Origin: an uncultured Planctomycetaceae bacterium | Lineage (GTDB): Bacteria; Planctomycetota; Planctomycetia; Planctomycetales; Planctomycetaceae | Length of the DNA: 64,000 nucleotides | NCBI GenBank assembly: GCA_963815195.1 | Contig: CAWFGE010000017.1 | Location: 256,001 to 320,000 of the forward strand | Reading direction: 5' to 3' | In this document: one piece after another, positions 34,884-45,932 of the stretch | Numbering within the stretch: the first letter of the stretch is position 1 | How the letters are laid out: each line of letters opens with the position of its first letter | Position numbers and translations under genes: made by a program | Notes under the pieces: generated by a model | Seen by the model: the letters and a program-made list of their open reading frames with translations, nothing else | Database searches by the model: none | Told to the model about the DNA's origin: nothing

Positions 34884-37800
34884 TCGATCGGCAATTGGCC
34901 AAGTGTCTCGACCCCGTGGCCGCCCGCGTCCGCCAGTTTTGGATGGCGCTTGCGCTCGCCGCGGTCTGGTTTTCGGCGGCGGTGGCGGGGGGACTGTTGT
35001 TGTGGAAACCCGCCGAAGCCTGGCAGCCCCGCACGCTGGCTTGGGGGCTATTGCTCGGAGCCGTGGCCGTCGCCGTGATGTCCGCCTTTGACCGTTTGGC
35101 GTTTCGCGAAGAACTATTCCCGGCTGGCCCGGCGGATCGAAGCGGAATATCCCGACCTGGGCGCGAGCCTGATCACGGCCCTCGAACTCAAACCGGGTCA
35201 GGGCGGCAGCTACACCTACCTCCAGCAGGAAGTCCTCCGCAAGGCCTATCTCCACTCCTATCAAAAACGCTGGGACAAGGTGATGCCCCGGTCGCGATTG
35301 CTCACCGCCCGGCTGATGAATGGGCTGGGACTTCTCGCATTCGGGGCTGTGATTGTTGGGTTGTTTGCCGCGAAATCGTCCATGGCGACGACGCCGGACG
35401 GTCTGGCCTTCAATGATGTCAAAGTCATCGAAAACCCCAAGTATTCCATCACTGTCGAGCCCGGCACCACGGAAGTCGAGCGCGGCACAAGCTTGTTGGT
35501 GATGGCCCGCTTCACGGGGACCTTGCCGCCCAATGCCACGCTGGTCTATCAAACGAAAAGCGGCGAAGATCGGCAGTTGGCGATGTCCAAGAGCCTTCGC
35601 GACCCCGTGTTCGGCGGCCGGATTGTCGCCGTCGAAGAGCCTTTGACCTATCACGTCGAATTCGCCGAGCAAAAGTCCGACACGTTTCAAGTCACCGTGT
35701 TTGAGTACCCGCGCTTGAAGCAAGCCGACGCCCGCTTGGAATATCCGAGCTATACGAATCTCGAAGAAAAACTGATCCAGGATGTCCGGCGGATTTCCGT
35801 GGTGGAAGGCACGAAGGTCACGCTGCTGTGCCGGCTGAACAAAGCCGTGGCCGAGGCCCGCCTGGTGGAAGAGAAGGCGGAAAACGGGCAGGACCTCAAA
35901 CTCGCCGCCGAGGCCGCGGAGCCTCTCGTGTATCAGGTCACATTTCGCGGTGGACCGTTCCCGCCGCTTAAAACTCCATCTGAAAGATGCCGACGGCCGG
36001 GCGAATCAGCATCCGCCGGAGTTTGTGATCAACGCCCTGCCCAACCGCCCGCCGGATTTGAAGCTGGCGTTTCCGTCGCGCGACGTGCAGGTGTCGCCGG
36101 TGGAAGAGTTGGACGTAAAAGCCACGGCGTGGGACGATTACGGCCTCGCCCGCACGGGGCTTTCCTTCTCAACCGCGGGCCAGCCGATTCAGGATGTGGT
36201 CCTCGGCCAGAACCAGCCCGCCAAGGAGCGCGTGTCTCTTGAGCACCTCTTGTCGTTCGAGGCGATGAGCGCGAAGCCCGACGAGCTGGTGTCCTATTTC
36301 TTCTGGGCGGAGGACATCGGCCCCGACGGCGAAGTCCGCCGCACTTCGAGCGACATGTATTTCGCGGAAGTCCGGCATTTCGAGGAAATCTTCCGCCAAG
36401 GCCAGCAGCCGACCGAAGAGCAAATGCGGCAGCAACGCCAACAGCAACAACAACAAGGGCAGCAAGGCAGCCAGAACGCCCAGGAGGCCGAACGGCTCGC
36501 GGAACTGCAAAAGCAGATCATCAACGGCACCTGGAAAGTCATCCGCCGCGAAACCCGCGACGAGCCAACGGACAAATTCAAGGAAGATGTGCAGCTCCTG
36601 TTGGAATCGCAGTTGTCCGCCTTGGAGCAGACGACGGCGCTCGAGGAGAAATTGCAGGATGAAGAATCGCTCGCCCACGTCGATCAAGTCCGGCAGCACA
36701 TGCAGGAAGCGATCGTCACGTTGCAAAAAGCCGTCGAAGGGCCGGAGATCAAGGCGCTTCAGCCCGCGCTCGGAGCGGAGCAGTCGGCTTATCAATCCCT
36801 GCTCAAACTCAGGGCCCGGGAACACGAAGTCGTCCGCTCGAACCAGCGCCAGCAACAACAGAGCCAGAGCCAAAGCCAGAGCCCCGGCAAAGTGCGAACA
36901 GCCGCGCCCAACAGCAGCTTCAACAACTCCAACTTCGCGAAGATGAGAACCGCTACGAAACAGAGCACAAGCCCAAGCTCAGGACCAGCAGTCCGCCCAA
37001 CAACAAGAGCAGCGCGAAGACCGCCAGGTGCTGAACCGATTGCGGGAATTGTCGCAGCGGCAAAACGACTTGAATGAGCGGATCAAGGAGCTTCAATCCG
37101 CCTTGGAAGAAGCCAAGTCCCAAGCCGAGCGCGAGGAAATCGAACGCCGCTTGAAACGGCTCCAGGAGGAGCAGCAGCAAATCCTGCGGGACACGGAGGA
37201 ACTCCAACAGCGGATGGAGCAGCCCGAAAACCAGGAGCGGATGGCCGACCAAAGGCAGCAGCTGCAACAAGCCCGCGAGAGCGCCCGGCAATCGTCCCAG
37301 GCTCTGAAGGAAGGGCAGGTCTCGCGCGCGGCCGCGGAAGGCACGCGGGCGGAACGCGAATTTCGCGAACTGCAAAACGAATTTCAACGCCGGACTTCGG
37401 GGCAGTTCACCGAGGAAATGCGGCAGATGCAAAAGCAAGCCCGCGAACTCGAGCAGAAAGAACAAGAACTCGCGGAGCAATTAAAAGAATCCGACCGGCC
37501 GAAAGAAGCGCCTTCGCTCCGCGAGAAGGATCCGCAAAAAGACGTGGCGGAGCAAATCCAGGATCAGCGCGGGCGAGTGGACAATCTGCTCGACCGCATG
37601 CGGCAGACCGTCGAGGAGGCGGAACAAGCCGAGCCGCTGTTGGCCGAGCAGCTTTACGACACGATCCGAAACACCCGCCGGCAGGACCCGCAGCAAGCTC
37701 TCGAAAACACCCAGCGGTCCTTGAATCGCGGTCTGATTGACGATGCGAAGACTCAAGAACGCCAGGCGAGCGAAGGCATCACCCAGCTTCGCCAAGGCGT

Positions 37801-38983
37801 GGACAAGGCCGCCGAGAGCGTCCTGGGCGATGAAACCGAAACCCTCCGCCGGGCTCAGGAAGAATTACAGCGGCTGAACCGCGAACTCGGCGAGGAAATC
37901 GCCCGCAATCAACCCAACGGCGAACAACAGCAACCGGGTCAGCAACAACCCAACGGCCAACAGCAACCGGGTCAGCAACAACCGAACGGCCAAAGACAGC
38001 CCGGCCAACAGCAGCCCAACGGCCAACAGCAACCGGGTCAACAACAACCGAACGGTCAACAACAACCGAACGGTCAACGTCAGCCGGGTCAGCAACCACA
38101 GCCAACGGCCAACAACAGCCTGGCCAACAACCGAACGGTCAACGTCAACCAGGTCAGCAACAACAGCCCGGCCAGCAACCGAACGGCCAACGTCAACCAG
38201 GTCAGCAACAACAGCCCGGCCAGCAACCGAACGGGCAACAACCGAACGGCCAACGTCAGCCGGGTCAGCAACAACAGCCCGGCCAACAACCGAACGGCCA
38301 ACGTCAACCGGGTCAGCAACAACAGCCCGGCCAACAACCGAACGGCCAACGTCAACCGGGTCAGCAACAACAGCCCGGCCAACAACCGAACGGCCAACGT
38401 CAACCAGGTCAGCAACAACAGCCCGGCCAACAACCGAACGGCCAACGTCAACCGGGTCAGCAACAACAGCCCGGCCAACAACGAACGGCAACAACCGAAC
38501 GGCCAACGTCAACCAGGTCAGCAACAACAGCCGAACGGCCAACGCCAACCGGGGCAGCGGCAGCAGCGGGGCGGGGATGATCGCAATCTCGGTCCCGGCG
38601 GCGGACTCGATCAATTCCTCGACAGCCGGGAAACTCGGCGTGCCGCTCCGCTTGCGGGCGATGATTTTCTGGAATGGTCCGACCGCTTGCGGGACGTGGA
38701 AGAGATGCTGTCCGATCCGAAGCTCCGGGCCGAGGCTTCGCGGATCCGCGACCGGGCGAAGGCGATTCGCAAGGATGTCAAACGGCACTCCAAGCCGCCC
38801 AACTGGGACCTGGTCCGCGATATGGTTTCGGAGCCTTTGATGGAACTCCAAAACAAAGTCGCCTCGGAACTCTTAAGGCGGACATCGAAAGATGCTTTGG
38901 TGCCGATCGACCGCGATCCGGTGCCGCCGAAGTATGAAGCCCGCGTGCAAAAATACTACGAACGATTGGGGGCCGGCAAGTGA
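34880..38983 (+). CDS. Very large membrane-anchored protein: Ig-like domains plus Q/E coiled coil (DUF4175-like); at least six frameshifts
   Basis: ATGA overlap; TM helices; RRIE..YPDL..SLITALEL; AWDDYGL; YFFWAED; C-terminal DRDPVPPKY...VQKYYERL. Pieced from ORFs 34325, 35088, 35950 and 37028. Confidence 0.8.
37908..38560 (+). repeat. Coding tandem repeat, 33-bp then 48-bp units (QQQPGQQQPNG / QQQPGQQPNGQRQPGQ)
   Basis: caacaacagcccggccaacaaccgaacggccaacgtcaaccgggtcag repeated in tandem. Confidence 0.95.
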
Positions 38984-41340
38984 GCGACGCATTGAGGTCT
39001 CTGTGGCCCAACAACTGGGCCGCCCCGGAATGGGCGTGGCCCGGATTGATTCTGGGCGCGGTGCTGACGGGGCTGATCGTCTGGTCGTGGACGCGTTCCC
39101 GCGTGTCGACCTCCGTGGGAGTTTTCGGGGCGGCGATCAAGATCCTGGCGGTTGTGGTCTTGGTGCTGATTCTCCTGGAACCCATGCGGAGCGAAACCCG
39201 GCCGGAGCCGGGGGCGAATTTGTTCCTCGTCATGGCCGACGACAGCCAAAGTCTGGGCATCCGCGATCCGGGCGAAGACAAATTCCGAAGCGAAAAGCTG
39301 AAAGATCTCCTGGACCGCAATGCCCCCTGGCAGGTCCGGCTGAGCCAGGATTTCGACGCCCGCCGGTATGTGTTCGATCGGCGGGTCCAAGCCGTTCCCG
39401 ATTTTTCCGGCCTGACCGGCGCCGGCGAAAGCTCCTCGCTTTTTAACTCGCTCGCCGTCGTCACCCGCCGGTATGAAGGGCGGGCGAATGCGGGGATTCT
39501 GCTCTTCACCGACGGCAATGCGACCGATGTGAGCGAGGCGTTTCCCTTTGGTGCGAAGCTGCCGCCGATTTATCCCGTCGTCTTAGGCCGGGACGATACG
39601 AAGAAAGACATCAGCGTCACGCGGGTCTCGGCCCGGCAGACAAACTTCGAAGCCGCCCCGGTGAGCATCTCCGCCGAGATCGTTTCCCACGGATACGAAG
39701 GCCAGACCATCGTGGTCCAATTGCTCGACGAGAAAGACGAGATGCTCGAAGAGCAAAAGGTCCGCGAAGTGGCGGACGATCATCCGTTTGCCCTCCAGTT
39801 CCAGGCGAAGGCCAATTCGCGGGGCATCCACTTTTACAAGCTGCGGGCCTTTGCGCAGGGTCAGGGCGAGCAGTTCAAAAAGCCCGAAACCTCCGAAGAA
39901 GCCACGCTCGCCAACAACGACCGCTACGTGATGGTCGATCGCGCGGGCGGGCCTTATCGCGTGTTGTATGTGACCGGCCGGCCGAACTGGGAGTTCAAAT
40001 TCTTGAGGCGGGCGATCACCGATGACAACGAAGTGGACCTCGTGGGCCTCGTGCGGATCGCCAAGCGCGAGCCGAAGTTCACGTTCCGCAAGCGCGACGA
40101 CGATGCGAACCCGCTGTTTCGAGGCTTCGGAGCGGACGCCGAAGAGGCCGAGCAATACGATGAGCCCGTGCTGATCCGCCTGGGCACGAAGGACGAGGAA
40201 GAGCTGCGGGACGGCTTCCCCAAAGCGGCCGAGGACATGTTCCGCTATCACGCGTTGATCCTCGACGATGTCGAAGCCGACTTCTTCACGCAGGACCAGA
40301 AATCGCTGATCCAGCAGTTCGTCAGCCAGCGCGGCGGCGGGTTTTTGATGCTTGGCGGGCAGGAATCGTTCCACAAAGGCGGCTTCGCCCGCACGCCCAT
40401 CGGCGAGCTTTTGCCGGTTTATGCCGACAGCCAGCTCGGCGAACCGCCCGCGGACGATTACAAGCTCGTCCTCACCCGCGAAGGCTGGCTCGAACCTTGG
40501 GTTCGCAGCCGCCAGACCGAGACGGAAGAAAAACGCCGGCTGGCGGAGATGCCCGGTTTTCAAACCGTCAACCGCGTGGCGGCCATCAAGCCGGGGGCCA
40601 GGGTCCTTTCGCAGGTGCAATCGCCTGACGGGCAGCTTCATCCCGCTTTGGTCGTCCAGCACTTCGGCAATGGCCGATCCGCGGCGCTGTTGATCGGCGA
40701 TTTCTGGCGCTGGCATCTTCGGCGAAAGACCAAAGAGAATGAGGACCTCCTCAAATCCTGGCGGCAGACGCTCCGCTGGCTGGTGGCGGATGTGCCCGAG
40801 CGGATCGAGGCGACCGTCCAACGCAAACTCGACGAGCCGAGCCAACCCGTCGAACTCTTGATCAAGGTCCACGACGAGCAATACCGGCCGCTCGACAATG
40901 CGAACGTGATCGTGAAGATTTCCGCCCCAGGGGGGAAGGAAATCACCCTCACCGCCGAGCCGACCGAGACCACGGGGGAATACCTCGTGACTTACGTGCC
41001 GAGATCGCCCGGCGTCTATCGCGCGAAGATCACCGCGACCGCGGCCGATGCGAGCGAGGTCGGCCAGCGCGAAGCCGGCTGGGTCGCCGAGCCCGCGACC
41101 GAAGAGTTCCGCACCTTAAAACCCAACCGGGAACTTTTGGAACGCCTGGCCCGCGAAACGGGAGGCGAAGTGATCGAACCGGATGATCTGGAAGATTTCG
41201 TCGCCAGCCTGCCCAACCGCAAAGTGCCCGTGACGCAGCAGCGAATCAACCCCATCTGGCACACGTGGCCGGTGTTTCTGTGTGCTTTGGGGCTGTTGGT
41301 CACGGAATGGGGGCTCAGGCGGGTCAAAGGGCTGCCCTGA
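38980..41340 (+). CDS. Membrane protein with vWA domain and degenerate class-I glutamine-amidotransferase-like domain
   Basis: Two N-terminal TMs, DDSQS and FTDG MIDAS, VLYVTGRPNWEFKFLRRA, GGGFLMLGG..SF, ETGG, C-terminal TM ending EW.LRR..GL. Confidence 0.87.
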   Translation: MSDALRSLWPNNWAAPEWAWPGLILGAVLTGLIVWSWTRSRVSTSVGVFGAAIKILAVVVLVLILLEPMRSETRPEPGANLFLVMADDSQSLGIRDPGEDKFRSEKLKDLLDRNAPWQVRLSQDFDARRYVFDRRVQAVPDFSGLTGAGESSSLFNSLAVVTRRYEGRANAGILLFTDGNATDVSEAFPFGAKLPPIYPVVLGRDDTKKDISVTRVSARQTNFEAAPVSISAEIVSHGYEGQTIVVQLLDEKDEMLEEQKVREVADDHPFALQFQAKANSRGIHFYKLRAFAQGQGEQFKKPETSEEATLANNDRYVMVDRAGGPYRVLYVTGRPNWEFKFLRRAITDDNEVDLVGLVRIAKREPKFTFRKRDDDANPLFRGFGADAEEAEQYDEPVLIRLGTKDEEELRDGFPKAAEDMFRYHALILDDVEADFFTQDQKSLIQQFVSQRGGGFLMLGGQESFHKGGFARTPIGELLPVYADSQLGEPPADDYKLVLTREGWLEPWVRSRQTETEEKRRLAEMPGFQTVNRVAAIKPGARVLSQVQSPDGQLHPALVVQHFGNGRSAALLIGDFWRWHLRRKTKENEDLLKSWRQTLRWLVADVPERIEATVQRKLDEPSQPVELLIKVHDEQYRPLDNANVIVKISAPGGKEITLTAEPTETTGEYLVTYVPRSPGVYRAKITATAADASEVGQREAGWVAEPATEEFRTLKPNRELLERLARETGGEVIEPDDLEDFVASLPNRKVPVTQQRINPIWHTWPVFLCALGLLVTEWGLRRVKGLP

Positions 41341-41418
41341 TGGCCTGGAGTGCCACTGGCTCCGTCCACTGCGGTGGGCCAAGCCGGTGACACACGATTT
41401 TTCTGAAACACCTATGGA

Positions 41419-43012
41419 TCACCGCGGCGCCGATTGCAGCTTCGCCAACACGCGGCGGGACTCTTTGACGATCGGTTCCAGAGGGCATTCGGCGGCGAGC
41501 AATTGCAGAATCGAACGGGCGGCGGGCGTGTTCGCATCTTCGGCGAGTTGGATCAGGCGGTGCATGCGGAGGATGTCCGCCGAGGAAAACCGCGAGACGT
41601 TGTCCGAGCCGTTGAGAACATACCGCAGCCGGGCCCGAACCTCCGCCGACTTGGTCTCTTTCATGACCTTGAGGAGCAGCGGCTGGGCGGCTTGCCTGAA
41701 GTTTGCGCAGTTCCCGCGTCGCCCGCTGGCGCACAATGGAATCGTCATCGTCCAGATCCTTGAGCAGCTTGTCAATGCGGTTGTTTTTGGACGGGATCAA
41801 CAGGCCTTCCATCCGCCGCTGGAGAAACGGAAAGCTCTGCTCCTCCTCGGCGGCGAAGATGCCCATCGCCCGGTAAGCCTGTGACGGAGCGGCGGACGAC
41901 AAATCGCCCCAGAAGTTGTTGAGCGAATCGTCGTCGAGCTTGGGCCGTTCCAACTGGGACACGAGGGAACCGGTCGTGTTCCAGAGAAGCGCGGTGCGGT
42001 CGGTGCTGCCGGAGACGAGCCGGGGCGATTGCTCTGCGAAGCTGAGCACCGTGACAACGCCCTGATGCGCCGCGTGCCGATGGACTTCTTTTCCGGTGGC
42101 GAGTTCCCAGGTGCGGATGGTCTTATCGATGCCGCCGCTGGCGAGGAACCGTCCGTCCGGAGAGAATGCGATCGCGAACACTCGGCCTTTGTGTCCGGCC
42201 AGTTCGTGCACCAACCGGCCGGTGAGGACTTCCCAAATCTTGATCGTCGCCCCGTGGTCGAGGGCTGCAATCGTCCGGCCGTCCGGGGAGAATCTCGCCA
42301 GCCGCGGTGCGCCGTCGCAGCCTTCGAGCTTGAGGAGTTCGCGGTCGGTGTTGACGTCGTACAGCCTTAGCAGCGTGTCCCGTTCGTAAGAGATGCCCAA
42401 AGCCCGGCGGCCGTCTTGCGAAATGTCCAAGGGAATATTCGGCCCCAGAAATCGGCGGACCTCCTGGCCGCTGTCGGTGCCGTAAACCAAAAGCTTGTCG
42501 CGATCCACGAGCCAGAAGGTGCTGCCCCCATCGGCAAACCGCACAAAATCGCCGCCGCCGGGAATGACGTGCCGGGAATTCCCCGTGGCGAGGTCCCAAA
42601 CCCGCGTGATTCCCGCGCCTTCTCCGACATCGAAACTGCTGCTGACGAGCGTTTTGCCGTCGGGGGAGATCGCGATCGCGCGGATCGGCCATTCGTGTCC
42701 TTCGAGGCTCCGAAGCGGCTTTCCGCTCTGGGCGTCCCAAATCTGAATCAGCCGGCTCTCCTTGGGATTGGCCGGCTCTCCGTAGGTCGCGAGGATTTTC
42801 CCGTCGTCCGAGACCGCCGCCCCCCGCAGACTGTCCGGCCGGGCAAAACCCTGGGGGATGTTTTCTTTTTCCCGATTCGTCCCCATGCGGGCGACGGCTT
42901 CTGGGGGCAAGGGATCGCCTAAGAGATCTTTCCCGTCTTCCGCCCGGGCAAGGCCGCTGGCGAACAGCAGGACTTGGCCGATGAAAAAGATCCGTCCGGT
43001 ATGCATCCGCAT
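41419..43012 (-). CDS. Exported WD40-repeat protein with C-terminal helical (HEAT-like) domain; frameshift near 41697
   Basis: Signal peptide, DLLGDPLP..AVARMGT, GH...AIAFSPDG...WE/WD repeats; tail continues in ORF 41419..41775. Confidence 0.87.
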
Positions 43013-43139
43013 CAGATTCCCCTTGGGTTCGCTCGTCGCCAACGGTGAGACGCCAAACTCCCGCCAAAAGTTCCAGAAAAATCGGGAACCGGTGGCGCGT
43101 TGCTGAGCGCAGCGAAGGGCGCGGCGGCCGCACAGTCCG

Positions 43140-44027
43140 TTATCCCAATTCTATCAAATCCTGAGGAATCCTCGGCGTCGCTCCGGGTTGGGTGCAGACG
43201 TAAGCCGCGATCCGGCAGGCCCGCTCGTTGATGGCGTCGAGTTCCCAATCCTCAAACAGCCCCATAAGCAAAGCGGCAGTGAAGGCGTCCCCCGCGCCCA
43301 CTGTATCCACCACCTGGACGGGCCGGCCCTTAAACTCGCTCGTCTCGCCGCCCCGGCACAGCACCGCCCCGCGATCTCCGCGCGTCAGGGCGACCACTTT
43401 GAGATCAAACTTCAGAGCAAGTTGGCGAAGCAGTTCGACTTCACCGTCCCCAGCCAATTGGCAAAGCTTCGCCAGGAGGGGCAGCTCGTCTTCGTTGAGC
43501 TTGAGCACGTTGGCGATCTTGAGGGACTCCCAAATAACGTCCGCGGTGTAAAACGGCGGGCGGAGGTTGATGTCGAAAACCTTGAGAGCCGTCTCGGGGG
43601 CCATTTGCACGAACCGCCGGATCGTCTGCCGGGAGAGCTCGCTCCGCTGACCCAGCGTGCCGAAGCACGCCGCCTCGGTTTGGGCAGCAAGCATCGCCAA
43701 CGGTGGGAGCCATTCCAGATGATCCCACGCGGTGTCGCTGGCAAACTCGTAAGTCGCCTTGCCCGCGGCGTCCAACTCGACCCGCACGACTCCCGTCGGA
43801 TAATCCGTCTCCAGAACACAATCGATGCCGACGCCTTTTTCCCCAAGGGCGGCGAGGGCCTTGGCTCCCAGTTCATCCCGGCCCACGGCACTCGCCATGC
43901 GGGCGTCCGCTCCCAACTGGGCGGCATGACACGCCACGTTCGCCGGCGCCCCGCCGAACCGCGCCCCGTCGGGAAACACATCCCACAAGATTTCCCCCAA
44001 ACCCACAACAATCCACTTCGGCTGCAT
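43140..44027 (-). CDS. PfkB-family carbohydrate kinase (fructokinase-like)
   Basis: GEILWD, GGAPANVA, FDINLRP, KLNEDE, DTVGAGDAF. Confidence 0.95.
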   Translation of the reverse strand: MQPKWIVVGLGEILWDVFPDGARFGGAPANVACHAAQLGADARMASAVGRDELGAKALAALGEKGVGIDCVLETDYPTGVVRVELDAAGKATYEFASDTAWDHLEWLPPLAMLAAQTEAACFGTLGQRSELSRQTIRRFVQMAPETALKVFDINLRPPFYTADVIWESLKIANVLKLNEDELPLLAKLCQLAGDGEVELLRQLALKFDLKVVALTRGDRGAVLCRGGETSEFKGRPVQVVDTVGAGDAFTAALLMGLFEDWELDAINERACRIAAYVCTQPGATPRIPQDLIELG

Positions 44028-44135
44028 AGTCGCTCCCTTCCCGCGATGAAATTGGCATCCCGTCTTCTTGCAGTATCTTCGCGAGAGCGGCAATTGCAAA
44101 CGAGTCGCCGGCGGCCGATGCGGGAGCAGGACTAT

Positions 44136-45266
44136 TCAACACACCTTGGCGGGGACGTCTTCTTCTTCGCAGTGCACGAGAATCTCGGTCTCGGGCTTGA
44201 GATATTCGTGCCGGAGGTACGCCAAGGCGATCGGCAGATGGTCGTCGGGCCGCATGGCGTATGAGGTGACGTGGCCGATCTCCTTGCCGTCCGGGGATTT
44301 CACGATCGATCCCGGTGCGGGGGCCAAGGCCGCTTCGAGGTGAATCCGCCTGAGCTCGCGGTTCACATGGCCTAACGCGTCGATTCGCGCGATCGGCTCC
44401 TGGCCGAGGTAACAGCCTTTCTGAAAATTGACGGCCTGTTTTGTGCGGGCGACTTCCTGGGCGAGGTTGTCGTCGGTGATGTCGATCCCGTACAGCGGAA
44501 AGCCGGCCTGGATTCTGAGGGCGTGGAACACGGCAATCCCCGCCGGGCGAATGTCCGCGGACAGCAACCGGTCCCAAACGCCGGGCAGACGTTCGCGCTC
44601 CATCCGCAGCAAATAGCCCGGGGCGTCCAACCAATCCACGCGGCATACTGTGACTTCGTGCTCGCCGATTTGAGCGTTGATGTGACCGTAAAGCGGCAGG
44701 TCGGAGACATCGACGCCGAGGTCTTGAAGCGTCTCCGCCGCCTGAGGACCGTGCAGATAGAACTCGCCGACCGCATCGCTTTGCGGGACGAAATTCACAT
44801 CCTCCGTAATCACATACCGCGACAGATGGGCGATCAGCGGCTGCACCGAGTCGGCGGCCGTTTCCAGCCACAACGAATCCGCCCCGGCGAACACGAACAC
44901 ATGCCCGGCGACTTTGCCTCTGATGTTCGTCACAAAGGCTTCCCGACCTTCGCCGGGCTTGAGGTCCTTCACGGCGGCCGTGCAAAACCCGTTGAGGAAC
45001 TTCTGCCGATCGGCCCCGGTCAACTCGAGATGTCCGCGATGGCTCAAATCGAACACGACGGCCCGCGACTGGGCGGCGAGAAATTCTTTCCGCGGATCGC
45101 CGAAGTGAATCGCCTCCCAGGGCGGACCGACCGGCTCGAAGCAAGGGACCACGGGATAGCCTTCGGGGCCGAACTCAATCGTGCGGATGGAGTCCGCCAC
45201 GTCTTCGGTAAAAACAGCCCCGAGCGATTTCTGTCGGTCATGCAATGCGGAAACGGACACGATCAA
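44136..45266 (-). CDS. ygfZ: YgfZ/GcvT-like folate-binding protein
   Basis: KGCYLGQE signature; VFDLSHRG...GADR..FL. Confidence 0.88.
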   Translation of the reverse strand: MIVSVSALHDRQKSLGAVFTEDVADSIRTIEFGPEGYPVVPCFEPVGPPWEAIHFGDPRKEFLAAQSRAVVFDLSHRGHLELTGADRQKFLNGFCTAAVKDLKPGEGREAFVTNIRGKVAGHVFVFAGADSLWLETAADSVQPLIAHLSRYVITEDVNFVPQSDAVGEFYLHGPQAAETLQDLGVDVSDLPLYGHINAQIGEHEVTVCRVDWLDAPGYLLRMERERLPGVWDRLLSADIRPAGIAVFHALRIQAGFPLYGIDITDDNLAQEVARTKQAVNFQKGCYLGQEPIARIDALGHVNRELRRIHLEAALAPAPGSIVKSPDGKEIGHVTSYAMRPDDHLPIALAYLRHEYLKPETEILVHCEEEDVPAKVC

Positions 45267-45308
45267 CTCCTTTCAGTGAGCGGGTGGTCGGCCTTGTTGC
45301 GGGATTTG

Positions 45309-45728
45309 TCAGCGGCGGCCCGCGACCCAAACATAAGAATCGACGGGGATCTTCCCGCTCCGCGCTGTCCGAAGCTGTTCCGAACTCCTGCCCGTCCCGA
45401 TCTCGAACGCGATCTCTTCGTCGTTGAAATTGCCTGATGCATAGTGCACCAGAAAGACAACATGCCCCGCCCCGTCGGCGGCTTTCGCGATGAGCGACGC
45501 GGCCCGGAAGTCAATTTCGACAACCTCGGCGTCCTTTGATTCCTTCCGCACGCGACCGCAACTGCAATGTCGTGCATCGCCCAACATCCAGCAGGAATAG
45601 TCGTGACCGAGTGCGAGTTGCATCCATGCATTGGAGACGGGCCAAATAGCGAACGTGTCTTCAGCATCCGAGGTTTCAACAGAAGCCCTCTTGCTTCCCG
45701 GGAGACCGAGGTAAATTCCCCAGCACAT
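45309..45728 (-). CDS. Hypothetical protein
   Basis: 139-aa ORF filling the gap, codirectional with neighbours, protein-like composition; no family recognised. Confidence 0.45.
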   Translation of the reverse strand: MCWGIYLGLPGSKRASVETSDAEDTFAIWPVSNAWMQLALGHDYSCWMLGDARHCSCGRVRKESKDAEVVEIDFRAASLIAKAADGAGHVVFLVHYASGNFNDEEIAFEIGTGRSSEQLRTARSGKIPVDSYVWVAGRR

Positions 45729-45749
45729 TTCGAGCCGTGTTTCCGCTAA

Positions 45750-45789
45750 AAAACGTTCGACAAAAAACTAAAACATTCGACAAAAAACT
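45750..45789. repeat. 20-bp tandem direct repeat
   Basis: aaaacgttcgacaaaaaact then aaaacattcgacaaaaaact. Confidence 0.8.
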
Positions 45790-45932
45790 GTCCGATTATC
45801 AGCCGGAATGTGCGGGTTGTCCCAGCGAACCGGGGCGGACCCCCCTGCGGGCGGTGCCACCCTGCGGCTAATCCATGCGACAATTATGAACGCGCTGGCG
45901 TCCGGTTGTCCCAATTGAACCGTTGCAAGAAG

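Noticed and set aside
37908..38560. CRISPR-like regular array
   Set aside because: No unique spacers, unit lengths are multiples of 3 inside a CDS, and no cas genes are present.
37779..38851. Antisense ORFs with LLLTRL / VVADPV repeats and the N-rich sense reading
   Set aside because: Shadow frames of the stop-free Q/P/G repeat plus local indels.
45263..45679. Alternative-frame ORF overlapping the ygfZ start
   Set aside because: Arg/Ser-rich shadow composition; 45309..45728 looks more protein-like, though both are uncertain.
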